From the NCBI RefSeq assembly GCF_009914755.1, contig NC_060925.1: DNA of 64,000 nt; one strand, written 5' to 3'. The notes under the pieces were generated by a model, which saw only the letters and a list, made by a program, of their open reading frames with translations, made no database searches and was not told the DNA's origin. Made by a program: the position numbers and the translations under genes. This DNA comes from the human T2T-CHM13v2.0 reference genome, Homo sapiens. This document shows positions 25,772 to 39,352 of the stretch, piece by piece; the stretch's first letter is position 1, and each line of letters begins with the position of its first letter.

Positions 25772-27940
25772 TCCATTAGTCTGTTCTTGCACTACTATAA
25801 AGAAATACCTAAAATTGGGTACTTTATAAAGAAAAGAGGTTTGTTCAGCTCACAGTTCTGTGGGCTGTACAGGCTTCTGCTTCTGGGAGGCCTCAGGAAA
25901 CTTACAATCATGGTGGAAGGTGAAGGGGAAGCAAGTGCCATCCTCACATACTGGAGCAGGAGGAGAGAGAAGGGGGAGGTGCTACACACTTTCAAGCAAC
26001 CAGATCTCATGAGAACTCTATCGTGAGACCAGCAAGGGGAAAGTCTGCCTCCATGATTCAATCGCCTCCCAATAGGCCCCTCCTCCAACACTGGGAATTA
26101 CAATTCAACATGAGATTTGGGTGGGAACACAGAGCCAAACCATATCATTTCACCTCTGGCCCTTCCCAAATCTCAAGTCCTTCTCACATTTCAAAACACA
26201 AGCATGCCTTTGCAACAGTCTCTCAAAGTCTTAACTCCTTCCAGCATTAACTCAAAAGTCCAAGTCCAAAGTCTCATCTGAGGCAGGGCAAGTCTCTTTT
26301 GCCTATGAGTCTGTAAAATCAAAAACAAGCTAGTTACTTCCAAGATACAATGGGAGTACTGGCATTGGGTAAGTGTTCCCATTCCAAAAGGGAGAAATTG
26401 GCCAAAACAAAGGGACTACAGGTCCCATGCAAGTCTGAAGCTCAGCAGGGCAGTCATTAAATCTTAAAGCTCCTAAATGATCTCATTTGACTCCATGTCT
26501 CACATCCAGGCCATGCTGATGCAAGGGCTGGGCTCTCAAGGCCTTAGGCAGCTCTGCCCTGTGGCTCTGCAGGGTACAGCCCCCATGGCTGCTTTCATAG
26601 GCTGGCATTGAGTGTCTGTGGCTTTTGCAGGCTCATGGTGCAAGCTGTTGGTGTATCTACTATTCTGGGGTCTAAAGGATGGTGGCCTTCTTCTCGCAGC
26701 TCCGCTAGGCAGTACTGCAGTGGGGATTCTGTGTGAGCACTTCAACCCCACAATTTCCTTTTGCACAGCTCTAAGTTTCTTCATGAGGTCTCTGCCTCTG
26801 CAGCAGACTTCCACCTGGACATCCAGGTGTTTCCATACATCCTCTGAAATCCAAGCAGAGGCTTCCTAGCCTCAATTCTTGCCCTCTGTGCACCAGCAGG
26901 CTAAACACCACAGGGAAGCCACCAAGGTTTTCAGCTTGCACCCTCTAGAGCAATGGCCTGAGATATATATTCAGCTATGGCTGGAGCTGGAGTGGCTGAG
27001 ACACAGGGAACAGTATCCTAAGGCTTCACAGAGCAGCGAGGCTCTGGACCTGGCCCACAGAACTATTTTTCCCTTCTAGGCCTCCAGGCCTGTGACGGGA
27101 GGGGCTGCTGCAAAGGTCTCTGACATGCCTAGAGGCATTTTCCCCATTGTCTAGGCTGTTAACATTTGGCTCCTCTTTATTTACACGAATTTCTACAAGA
27201 GGCTTGAATTCCTTCCTAGAAAATGGGTTTTTCTTTTCTACCACATTGTCGGGATGCAAATTTTCGAAACTTTTATGCTCTGCTTCCCTTTTAAATCTAA
27301 GTTCTAGTTTCAGATAATCTCTTCACTCATGCATATGAGTGTACACAGTTAGAAACACACAGAGCACCTCTTGAATGTTTTGCTGCTTAGAGATTTCTTC
27401 CACCAGATATCCAAATTATCTCTCTCAAGTTCAAAGGTCCACAGATCCCTAGGACAAGAGCACAATGCCACCAGTCTCTTTAATAAAGTATAGCAAAAGT
27501 GATCTTTAGTCTAGTTCCTAAGAAGTTTCTCATCTCCATCTGAGACTCCATCAGCCATCTCTGTCCATATCACTATCAGCATTTTGGTCAAAACCATTCA
27601 ACAAGTCTCTAGGAAGTTCCAAACCTTCCCTCATCTTCCTGTCTTCTTCTGAGCTCTTCAAACTGTTCCAACTTCCACCTATTACTCAGTTCCAAAGCTG
27701 TTTCCAAATTATCTTTATAGCAATGCCCCACTTCTCTGGTACCAATTTTCTATAGTAGTTGGTTATTACACTGCTATAAAGAAAACTGAAACTAGATAAT
27801 TTATAAAAAAAAAAAGAGGTTTAATCAGTTCATGGTTCTGTGGGCTATATAGGCTTTTGCTCCTAGGGAGGCCTCAGGAAACTTGCAATTATGGTGGAAG
27901 GTGAAGGGGAAGCAAGTGCCATCCTCACATGGTGGAGCAG

Positions 27941-27971
<31 letters not shown>

Positions 27972-28139
27972 GTGCTACACACTTTCAAACAACCAGAGCT
28001 CATGATAACTCTATCATGAGAACAGCAAGGAGGAAGTCTGCCCCTATGATTAATCACCTCCCAACAGTCCCCTGCTCCAACTCGGGGAATTACAATTCAG
28101 CATGAGTTTTGGGTGGGGACACGGAACCAAAACATATCA
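25772..28139 (-). mobile_element. Complete MSTA-type MaLR provirus (3' LTR 25772-26147, internal 26148-27750, 5' LTR 27751-28139)
   Basis: Two homologous ~380-bp LTRs ending CCA[A]A[A/C]CATATCA around a 1.6-kb MST/THE1-int-like body; perfect TSD GGAAG (25767-25771, 28140-28144). Confidence 0.93.
27941..27968. repeat. (GA)n microsatellite inside the 5' LTR
   Basis: Direct reading; the homologous site in the other LTR is short (GGAGAGAGAAG). Confidence 0.9.
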
Positions 28140-28814
28140 GGAAGAATATCACAACTGTAGCTGTCAAAGGAAATCACTTTTGCCATCATGTTTCCACTGG
28201 GGAAAAAGTGAAGAATGGTCATATTTTCTCTGATGTCTATGATACATATTTATTTAAAAATTCATTCAGCAAAAGTTACTGTGTGCTTGCTTCTTGTAAT
28301 TCTCAGAACTAACTAGGAACCACTCCCTCTAGAGCTAAGATTGTGAATATGAACAGAACTTAAAAATTATGAGCATTAGAAAGGACACTGGACACCTTCT
28401 GGATTTATGCCATCTTTTGTTGATGAGAAAAATTATGCCAATATATTGGTTAACTTTCCCAAGATGACACCATTAGCTAATAATAATAACAGATATTCTA
28501 AATTCCACTTTATTTTCCCTATTAATATACAATGTTGTCTCAACCAGTGTCTCAACTTTAATGACTCTCTTCTTTGAAAAAGTCTTCAGGGGTTTCTCAT
28601 TTGGTAGGGAATCCAACAGCATGAAAACAAATCAACCAACACTTGGTGTGAGCTTAAAAAGATGATTCCAAGTCAAAGGAGAGTCACCTTGAGAACCATG
28701 AAACCAAGCACTTGATCACAGGACTGAGAGTCAATTGGCCCAGGAAGGAAGGTATATAATGTTTTGAATTCCATTTTGGTCAAGTCCTACTACTGTCTCT
28801 GGCTTTTCTATTTT

Positions 28815-29117
<303 letters not shown>

Positions 29118-30162
29118 TAAACAAAATATAGACAACCTACAATGGGATAGAGATAACCATACATAACCTCTTATGAGATGACATTCATAGCATAGTCTGA
29201 AGACTGAAGGACCCAGATTGTGAAATAATGTGCCTACCTTCCTGAAACAAGGAAATGGAGAATAAATTGTAATGTTATGAGGCTTATCAGTAAGAAATAG
29301 GTTAAGGAATACCAAGGCAACATCATTTCTTACCCAGAAGCACTGAATTCATTGGAGAATGCTGGTGGTTACTCTTAAGCTATCAGACACCATTATTATA
29401 GTTGGAATATAATAGAGGACTACCTTTAACCCCTAGGCTTAGAATAATAATTATGATTTCACCACAGAAGCTTCTTCCTGATAGTTCCTTCAGATTTTGA
29501 CTATATAGTAATAGATACAAATTGTATCATGAGGCTACAACTTTATGAACTGTGGTCATAGGAGGAAGAACTGGGATGCTTTCTGAATCCCCTCAGTGGA
29601 TTCAGGAGAATAAGCGTAACATTACTTTTTTTGTGACAGCAGTGATAGCAGCCTGACAACAGAGATAAAGCAATAATCAAGAAGATGCAAACAGGATAGA
29701 AGATCAGCCACATGGACTTGCTGTGATCATCCCAGACAAAGATCGAAAGGATGTAGGCATTATTTAATAATCATATCTTGGGCATAGGATTCAACAGATT
29801 TGAGTAGGTGACATACTCTTATACTTTTATTCTACTAATTTGTTCCAGGGAAATAATTATTTCAAAAAGATATTGAGAAAACATTATTTCTGGAGTTATG
29901 TAAAGTTCATTTTTCAAAATATTTGTACTTTATTCTATCAAGACTGAAAGATAGTTTATGATTTTATTAACCGTGGGCACAAAAGACTGCCATGGTCTTT
30001 GAAAGTCCTGGAGGGCAATGACATACTTATCTGGACTGAGTATATTAGGAACAAAGACATAGCCTTTATAAGATAATCTGCAATCACTCTAACATGTAAA
30101 ATGTCTAGCATGAAAAATGTCATGGTCCTATTGATAAAGCAAACACCTTTTAGTTGAATCTC

Positions 30163-30524
30163 TGATACGGTTTGGCTGTGTCCTCACCCAAATCTCATCT
30201 TGAATTGCAATCCCCATAATCCCCACATGTCTAGGAAGAGACCTGGTGGGAGGCGATTGGATAATGGAGCCCATTTCCCCATGCTGTTCTCATGATAGTG
30301 AGTTCTCACAAGATCTGATGGTTTTATAAGGGGCTCTTCCCCCTTCACTCCTCTCTCTTTCACCTGCCACCATGTAAGGTGTGCCTCTTCCCCTTCCACC
30401 ATGATTATAAGTTTCCTGAGGCCTCCCCGGCCGTGCAGAACTGTGAGTCAATTAAACCTCTTTCTTTTATAAATTACTCAGTCTTGGGTATTTCTCTGTA
30501 GCAGTGTAAAATAGGACTAATACA
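30163..30524 (+). mobile_element. THE1C/D solo LTR
   Basis: TGATACGGTTTGGCTGTGTCC...GGACTAATACA; TSD ATC[T/A]C. Confidence 0.9.
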
Positions 30525-31836
30525 ATCACTATTTAACTTCAGCAAGATCTTTTTCTTTTGTATCTGATTTTGATCAGTGTTTTTTCTGTGGTATAGTAAG
30601 ATCATAGTATATAACCCTTAAATTACAAAACATGCATTGAGTCCAATTTGCATGTTCTGAAGGCAAATGGTTTGTGGTTAGATTGAGGTTTAAATTCTTC
30701 CTCTAACATTCAAGCACTGTGTGGTATTGGGTAAGCTGATTAACTTAAAACTCTGCTTCCTAATTTTCAATATATAATACAACCTAACACCATGGTCACA
30801 ACATTTGTAGACATTATTGTACTTCATATAATCTATCATCATATTTTGCACATTTTTATTATTCTGAAATTAATTATTTTTCAGTTTATGGAATCTTAAA
30901 ATTCTTGTTAGCATTGCTTAAGATATATTTCTTTCTGAGTAGAATTACTTTTGCTTCTGTAGTCACTTGAGAATAACCTACCTATGACCACTTAAATTTT
31001 TTTGGACAATATTGGAAGAATGAACCACAAATCTGTGTTGAGTGCCATCTTGATTTTCTTGTGTGGTTTGTCATTTTTTTCCATTGGGTAAGATGTTCTC
31101 TTAAAAATAATTAATTATTTTTAGCTATCTTTTTTGGTTGGCAGAATTGTTTATATTTTATCATTTTATTGATATCTCAGCTTCACTGGATTCCTAAACT
31201 TGAATGCTTTATAAATTGATGTTTACCTTTAATTATATACATATATATACACACATATATACTATATACATGTATGTATATTTATTTCAATTACACAGAC
31301 TATACATATTTTTAGAGGATTATAATGGAATCATATATTCTTACATTTTAGTAAGTTTAGTAAAATAAATGTTTGCTAAGTAGATAAATAGGAGGAGCTA
31401 TTTTGTTGAATCAATCTCTTCTTTCTTTTCTCTCTGTCTTCCTTCTGCCTTTCTTTCCATGCATTTATTCAGAAAATATTTATTGAGAACTTGTTACATT
31501 CCAGGCTTTGAGCTAGGCATTGAGATGCTATTCTTTGCTCTTCTGTACTGATTTACAATACACTGAGAAAAATATTGTGGAGAGAGTGGAAATAAATACC
31601 AAAAAAGGGAGTTAGGAATTCTAGATTCTCATTTCAGTTTCTTGTTAACTCATTGAGAACAATCTCCCTTCACCCATGAAAGATTCCCTTTCTTTGCCTG
31701 TAAAATGAAAAAGTTTGGAATAGACAATATTTGAGTTTTTTTTCTAGTCACTAATCATCCTTAATTTTTCTGTCTTTCCCTCTCTCTGTCTCTCTCTCTT
31801 TCTCTCATTTTCCCTTTTATATCCTTACTTTCTAAA

Positions 31837-31853
31837 TACACACACACACACAC
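31837..31853. repeat. Short (CA)n after a (CT)-rich tract
   Basis: Direct reading. Confidence 0.8.
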
Positions 31854-32099
31854 GATATAGTAAAAATTGAAAACCAAAATTATAATTAAATAAGATCTTC
31901 TGAATTTTCATAAAATTGAATAATTTTACTACAATTAATTTTATTAATTAGTAGTAGTTATACATTTGTTATATTTTATATATCTTAAATAATTAAATGT
32001 AAATATTGCACTAAGACTTTGAGACACCTAGTGTGAATTGGGGGTGCCAGGTAGGAAGTATGTGAACCATTTTTATATGATAGAAAGCCAGTTGTGTAT

Positions 32100-32595
32100 G
32101 TGTGGCGGTTATGTAGACGGATATGTAGTTTCTCCCATGTTGCTTGCCTCCTGATAAGTGGTCATATCCATTTATCCCTTCCCATGAGTGTGTGTGGTTC
32201 TTATGACCTGCTTCTAACTAATAAATATGGAAAAGATTATGGGATATTATTCTTCTAATTATGTAACATTGTAAGAGACTGTCTCTTGCTAGCTTTCTGG
32301 CTTTGGGGGGTCTCTCTCCTTCACTAGCTGTGAGAAAGAAAACTACTATGAATCCTACAACTGCAAGAAAGTAAATTCTGCAAATAATTTGAGAAACTTG
32401 GAAATAGACCCTTCCCCAGTAGAGTCTCCAGATGAGTACCTGCTTTTGACCAACACTTCCTTTGTAGCCTTACAGAGGACATAGCTAAGCTGTGCCCAAA
32501 CTCATGTCTTACAAAACCAGGAGATAAGAAATGTGTGTTGCTTTAAGCCACTGATTTAGCCACAATTTGTCATGCAGCATAGAAAAGTAATATAA
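32100..32595 (+). mobile_element. MLT1E/F-type LTR
   Basis: CCTACAACTGCAAGAAAGTAAATTCTGC, CCTTCCCCAGTAGAGTCTCCAGATGAG, TGTGTGTTGCTTTAAGCCACT...GCAGCATAGAAAAGTAATATA. Confidence 0.8.
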
Positions 32596-33787
32596 TGTGT
32601 CTACAGTATGGACCTTTTTGCTCAAGGGATAAAAGATCTAAGAATAAAGTTAGTGGTTAGGAATGAAAACTGGAATCTGTGGATAAAGTTAAATACTTAG
32701 GACCAAAGTCAGGCTAAGGTGTTGCTGGTAGTCTCAATATATATCAATGAAATTGTGCTCTATAAAAGGTTAAGGACTCTGAAAAGGCAAGGGGTTGGAA
32801 CAAAATTTTGCAGTCTAGGTCATGTTTTATCTAAATTTTTCACATCTTATTCTAAATCTGACTACAGGGAAGGTCAAAAAGGTAAACGAAGGATGATTTG
32901 TGAAGAATTCAGAGGCTAAGGCAAATGAAGGAGTTCAGCTTTTTTCTTTTGACTTTCAGAAGGCATCAAAGACATATATGCAGAAGATTGAAATGACCAG
33001 ATCATAGTTTTAGAAATGGTGAAGTTTTCAAAATGAACTGTGAGCAAGGGGCTATGGATGTTGACTGGAGGAAAAAAATGCCAAGTTTATGGAATGTTTT
33101 GACTAAGACACAAATTTTCACATTTCTACATAATTTTGGCCCCATATGTCTTTATTCATTCCATTCCCTTTGCTTAGAATACCCTTTTTTCTTCTCACTG
33201 GTTAAATATGATTAACTTTTCAATCCCAAGGAAATTAATTGTTTCTTTAAATATGTCCCAATAGAACTTCACACATAATATAGGATAATTTCTTGTTCTT
33301 TATGTCTGTTTCCTCCATCATAGGGCTGTATAAAGCCTGCATTCCATTTCTTAAACAGATGTTACATGGGAGCTTTTAATTACAGGCTTAGAAATACAGT
33401 TCGCAACTTTGTTGAACAATAGTTGAAGAACATTATTAACAAGTTTGAAAATTGGATTGTTCAGGAATGTTGATGAAAGAAAGCATGATTTTGAAGCCTA
33501 AATATTTTAATTACATTATTTTGCAAAAATACTACAAAATACATTACAATATGATTAGATTTTTTTCTGCTCATTGAAATTTGGCATTCACATTAAATTT
33601 ATCGGAATGAAATATATTAAAAGTTCTTAATGTATAAATGGCTACTTCATCTTGACTTTAGAGTTACCTTCACAGTGTTTTGACTTCCTGTGATTCCTAT
33701 TCTTCATTCCCATACTTAGGGGTTTACATTTAAAAATTCTATGATATTTGTGCCATTCAAAAATATTTACTCTATTAAAACATTGTA

Positions 33788-33950
33788 GCTCAGTATGGTG
33801 GTACACATCTATAATTTTAGCTACTCAGGAAACTGAGGCAAGAAGATTGCTTGAGACAGGGGTGTGCAAGGCTGCAGTGACCTATGATTGTGCCACTGCA
33901 CTCTAGCCTGGGTGGCAGTGTGAGACCCTGTCTTTAAAAAAATAAAAATA
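33788..33950 (+). mobile_element. Alu right monomer (FRAM/AluJ-derived)
   Basis: Single arm with GCTGCAGTGACCTATGATTGTGCCACTGCACTCTAGCCTGGG and A tail; TSD AAAACA[T/C]TG. Confidence 0.85.
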
Positions 33951-34163
33951 AAACACTGGAGGATTTGTTGATCCAGCGCGAAAATGTTTGGCCTATAAAG
34001 TATATTAAATTACATTTTAGTCTAATTCAAAATTGTTTATCATTTTCTACTATTTTAATAATAATAGGTAACAGCAGAAATAAGTCAACATTTTTGTTAC
34101 TATTATGTACAACATCAGATAGCCCTAACCAAGATAATGCTTTACATTAACATGCTGCTTTAA

Positions 34164-34514
<351 letters not shown>

Positions 34515-34559
34515 AATTACTTATTTTATTTTACCTCTTTTTAATATTTGATTTTACCT

Positions 34560-34695
34560 TACTTTTAAAAAATACAAACTAAGACCTATAGATTTTAATT
34601 GATTTGTCTTAGGTCATAGAGGTAGTAAGTAATAAAACTGGGATTAGAGTTTAACTCAGTTAACTCTATGACCTTTCCTATTATACCAGGCTGTT
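34560..34695 (-). mobile_element. MIR fragment
   Basis: ATTTGTCTTAGGTCATAGAGGTAGTAAGTAATAAAACTGGGATTAGA is the reverse complement of MIR. Confidence 0.6.
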
Positions 34696-35728
34696 TCTTA
34701 TATCAAGATAGAAAGATTTTATATCTCATTCTGAAGATAAAAACAATGGAAATCCCAAACTAGAGCCATCTTTCAAGACAAATGTTTTTAAGTAAACGAT
34801 TTGGCAACATTTTAAAATAAAAACAGTTCCAAAACAATATCTAGCCCTCTAGGTCAATGAACAAATACGAATTTACTGCATAAAATGATTAAATTACTAT
34901 TCTGCAGTACAATGGGCACAGACAGTAATCTAGTGATTTTTCAGTGATAATGTACATTAACTTAGCTTTCATGAGATGGAAATTAAGATAAACAACTATG
35001 TCATTGCTCTCAGAAGAATCTATTGTATAATGTGAAAAGAGAAAAAAACAAGGTACCTCTCTTACTCTAATCCTTTAGACTTATTAACCATATTACCATA
35101 ACGTAGAACAGATGTGTGTTAGGAGTGGGGAGTGGACTTTTTGGGAACATTCTGGTCTCTTTTACTTTTCTTCTGCAGGTAAAAATGACAGCCTAATCAG
35201 ATGACATAAGAAAACAGTAGATTGAGGGAAAATGATTGCTCTTCAAGATCCATACATATTACTGCCCCTAAGATCCATACATATTATTATCCCAGTTTGC
35301 TATATTTACATATTAAAATATAACATATGATTATAAATGTGTACTCTTAATGTTGGAAGTGTTAGCATCAGTTGTGGTATAGTGCAGTAGTCACCACCAC
35401 CTTTTCATGCTTCATGATATGTATGCTCCATTGCCATGTGACTTTGGTGACTCTCCCATTAAGATGTGGAGGCTATTTCTCCCCATTTGATTCTGAGCTT
35501 AACTCTGTGGTTTGCTTTGACCATTGGGGCAACAGTGTATGTAGCCAATGCAGAGTCTTCAGAAGTGCTTTTGTTTTAGGGTTCAACAACTTTTTTTGTT
35601 GGGAACCCTTCTGCCACCATGTGAACAAGCCCAGGTCAGCCTTCTGAAGAGTAGGACCATATGGACAGAGAAACCAGCTATTCCAGCTGTCCTAGCCATC
35701 CAAGAGGTCCCAAACATTCCAATCATAT

Positions 35729-36149
35729 TAATATAGTTTGGATATTTGTCCCTGCCCAAATCTCATGTTGAATTATAATCCCCAGTATTGGAGGTGGGGC
35801 CTAGTGGCAGACGATGGAGTCTTGGGAGCCGATTTCTCATCAGTGGTTTAGCACCATTCTCTTGGTGCTGTCCTTGAAATAGTGAATGGATTCTTGAGAG
35901 ATCTGGCTGTTTAAAACTGTGTGGAACCTCCCACACACGCTTTTGCTACTGCTTTTGCCATCTGACCTGCAAGCTCTCGCTGTGCCTGCCGCCGTGATTA
36001 GAAGCTTCAAGAGGCCTCCCCAGAAGCAGATGCCTCTGTTATGCTTCCTGCACAGCCTGCAGAACTGTGAGCCAATTAAATCTCTTTGCTTTATAAATTA
36101 CCGCAGTCTCAGATATTTCTTTATAGCAATGCAAGAATGGTCTAACATA
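35729..36149 (+). mobile_element. MSTB-type solo LTR (nested)
   Basis: TAATATAGTTTGGATATTTGTCCC...GCAATGCAAGAATGGTCTAACATA; TSD CATAT (35724-35728, 36150-36154). Confidence 0.88.
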
Positions 36150-36178
36150 CATATCTTATGCAGACATGTGAATAGGGC

Positions 36179-36553
36179 TGATATGATTTGACTGTGTCCC
36201 CACCCAAAATCTCATCTTGAATTATAATCCCCATAATCCCCATGTGTCGAGAGAGACCAGGTAGAAGTAATTGAATCATGGGAGTGGTTTCCCCATGATG
36301 CTCTCGTGATAGTGAGTGAGTTCTCATGAGACCTGATGGTTTTATAAGTATGTGGTAGTTCCTCCTGCTTTCATTCTCCCTTCTGCCACCTTGTGAAGAA
36401 GATGCCTTGCTTCCCCTTCACCTTCTGCCATAATTGTAAGTTTCCTGTGGCCTCCCCAGCTGTGTAGAACTGTGAGTCAATTAAACCTCTTTCCTTCATA
36501 AATCACCCAGTCTTGGGTAGTTATTTATAGCAGTGTGAGAACGGACTAATACA
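36179..36553 (+). mobile_element. THE1D/C solo LTR (nested)
   Basis: TGATATGATTTGACTGTGTCCCCACCCAAAATCTC...GAACGGACTAATACA; TSD AG[G/T]GC. Confidence 0.9.
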
Positions 36554-36574
36554 AGTGCTATTTTACAGCACTCA

Positions 36575-36712
36575 ACCAGGTGGATGCAGTGGTCTCTGCC
36601 TGTAATCCCAGCTACACAGGAGGCTGAGGTTAGAGGATCATTTGATCACAGGAGTTTGAGACCAGCCTGGACAATATAATGAGACCCTGTCTGGGAAAAA
36701 AAAAAGAAAAAA
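36575..36712 (+). mobile_element. FLAM (free left Alu monomer, nested)
   Basis: CCTGTAATCCCAGCTAC...GAGTTTGAGACCAGCCTGGACAATATAATGAGACCCTGTCT followed by an A tail. Confidence 0.85.
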
Positions 36713-37151
36713 TCACTGTCCAAGCAACCAACTCACAGAATAATGAGAAATGACAAAGGCTTGTTGCTTTAATCCAGTGTTTTGGGATGAATTGTGGTGT
36801 AGCAAAAGTTTTCTGATTTGTAAATCTATTTGAATAATGTGTAAGCAACCTTGTATCTACTGAAAATGAAAATTTGGGATTGTCATTTCAATTAGGAATT
36901 TGTATGTATATATATTACTGATATCTATATTTCAGATTGATCTTTAAACAAAATATGTCAACAACTAAATGAAGCATACATTTCTTACAGATTGCTTTCT
37001 TTTTGCCCTCTCTTTCTGTTTATAATTTACAGTTCTCCCATTCACTCAAGTTCAAACTTTAAGTTAACTATTGATCCTTTTATATTTCTTGCACTACATA
37101 AAACTCACCTTCTAAGGTAATTGAAAGGATTAAGTAAGTTTACATAGACAG

Positions 37152-37798
37152 TGTGATGGTTAATGTTAGGCCACAGCTTGACTGGGTTAAAGGATAATTA
37201 GATAGTGGGTAAAATATTATTTCTGGGTATGACTGACAGTTGGCTGAGTATAGAAGATCTGCCTTCACCCAGTGTGAGTTTGAACCATACAATGGCCTGA
37301 GGCCCAGATAGAACAAAAAGGTAGAGGAGTAGTGAAGTCTCTCTCTGTCTGTCTGTCTTCTGAAGCTGCGATATTCTTCTCCTGCCCTTGGAAATCAGAA
37401 CTACAGATTTTCTGACCTTTGGATTGTGGGACTTACACCAGTGGCCCCCTGGGCTCTCAGGACTTTGGCTTCAGACTGAGAGTGACATTATAAGCTTCTC
37501 TGGTTGTGAGACTTTAGGATTTAGACTGAGTCATGCTTTGAATGTAGCTTTTGTTGAAGAAAAAAAATATATATATATATAAAGATAAATATATAGAAAT
37601 ATATATTTATAAATATAAATATAAATATACTGAGCCATATTACCAGCTTTGCTGGTTCTCCAGCTTGTAGATGGCCTATTGTGGTAATTTTCTACCTCCA
37701 CAACTACATGAACCAATTGCTCTAATAAATTCCCTTCTATCTATCCAACAGTCTATCTCCTAGTGATTCTGTCTCTATGGGGAACCCTGTTTAATATA
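37152..37798 (+). mobile_element. MLT2 (ERVL) solo LTR with an internal insertion
   Basis: TGTGATGGTTAAT...CTTGACTGGGTTAAAGGAT ... GATTCTGTCTCTATGGGGAACCCTGTTTAATATA; perfect TSD GACAG (37147-37151, 37799-37803). Confidence 0.88.
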
Positions 37799-37929
37799 GA
37801 CAGGTAGGCAAAAAGCTAGATGATAGACCAACAGATAGAGAGAGAGAGAGAAGACACCTATAACACTACTTGATAACACATAGCAAGGGGGTTATAAATG
37901 TTGATAATAATGATTACTATTATCATCTA

Positions 37930-38620
37930 ATTAAATGTCACCTACAGTTTTTGCCTATGTTGTCTATTTTTCATTCACACTGCTTCTATGTTCTTCAGGT
38001 CCTCAATTCCTCTTCCTTTGAATATTGCTAGAATAGGCAATATAGAATATAGTTTTTGCAGTCTCCTTCTTATATAATAATTCCTTTACTCAAATACACC
38101 TACAGTGTTCCTCCTTGTATAACAAAATAAAATCTCAATCTATGTTTTTGATCTTTAAATCCTTTGTAATCTGATACTCAAACAAATTTTCTCTCTTATT
38201 CTCTACTTCACCTTATATATTTGAGCCCCAACCCAACTGCATTACTTCTTGTTACCCGCATATACTATATGCAGCCCGTACCATGTTCATGCCATAACCC
38301 TGCATGAAAGGGCCTCCTCATATCCAAATATTTCCCTATTGTTACAGGCTTGATGTCTTATTTTTTATATTATATTGTAGACACTCTCACCTTTTGAGGC
38401 TCTAGGCTTCCTTGTACAAACATACCATTATATTTGAACAGTTTTTATAGAACTTATTATTTTCTATCATAATTATATTTATGTATAATAATTTCTAAAA
38501 GTTTTATGCTTTTTCAGGCTAACATCTGTATATCTCTATCTACCTCATATCCCACATCACCTAGAACAGTGCCTTGGATATATTTTGGCTCTATAATGGC
38601 ATATTTAAATGAATGTTTTA
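37930..38620 (+). mobile_element. L2 fragments
   Basis: 3' end CATCACCTAGAACAGTGCCTTGGATATA...ATATTTAAATGAATG; pyrimidine-rich body. Confidence 0.55.
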
Positions 38621-38764
38621 AAATAAATATGTGAAAAAAGTTGTTAGAAAATTCATGAATGACCTCACAACTGAGGCAATGTGCACTTAATTAAAAAATG
38701 GAAACAAAAAACATGGTTTTATCCAACTTTCTATGTTAACAAACTCCTCCTTTTGCATTTTCCA

Positions 38765-39110
38765 TATGGTCAGTCAGGACAAACAAGACTAATCTATGGT
38801 GACAAACACTCCTATAAATTCAGTTACTTAATGCATAAAAACTAATATCTTGTTTACACAAAGTCCCCTTACAGTGAGTGACTCTCCAGGACAGCTGTCA
38901 TTCATACTATGCTCAGTAATTCAGTCTGCTTCCATTCTCAGTACCAAAGGAGAAGAAACAAATCAGAAAGACATGCAGAGACTTTTCATTACCTTACTCA
39001 TAATTATTCATTACTTACAATTCACTGGCCAGAACTGGGCATAGTGGCACCTAACTATTAAGAAATTGGATGACAGTTTTCCATGTGCCCAGATTGGGAA
39101 GAAGAATCAA
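38765..39110 (-). mobile_element. Old MLT1 (J/K/L-type) LTR fragment
   Basis: GTCAGTCAGGA...CTATGGTGACAAACA and TTCACTGGCCAGAACTGGGCATAGTGGCACCTAAC. Confidence 0.55.
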
Positions 39111-39352
39111 ATGTGATGGGCGCTACCTCATTGAAAGGCACTACCATCCATTGAGTTGGACAAATTTAGAACCTCGATATTTTCTTCTGCTTTACCACCC
39201 ATCATCCATTAAACCATCACTAAGTTAGATTTTTATATTTTTAACCTGTAACTATCTCTCAGGAATCTCCATTTCTTTTCATCTCCACTAATGTCAATCA
39301 GTTAGAAGATAAAGTATGTTTTAAATTGGGCTAGTGAAATTGTCTCACAACT

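Larger units (their letters stand above)
35373..36820 (+). mobile_element. Old MLT1 LTR split into four pieces by nested insertions
   Basis: MLT1 5' part 35373-35728 (GCCACCATGTGAACAAGCCCAGG); 3' end 36713-36820 (TGTTGCTTTAATCCAGTGTTTTGGGATG...GTAGCAAAAG). Confidence 0.7.

Noticed and set aside
35245-35286. 17-bp direct repeat AAGATCCATACATATTA, period 25
   Set aside because: Ordinary short tandem duplication with no further structure.
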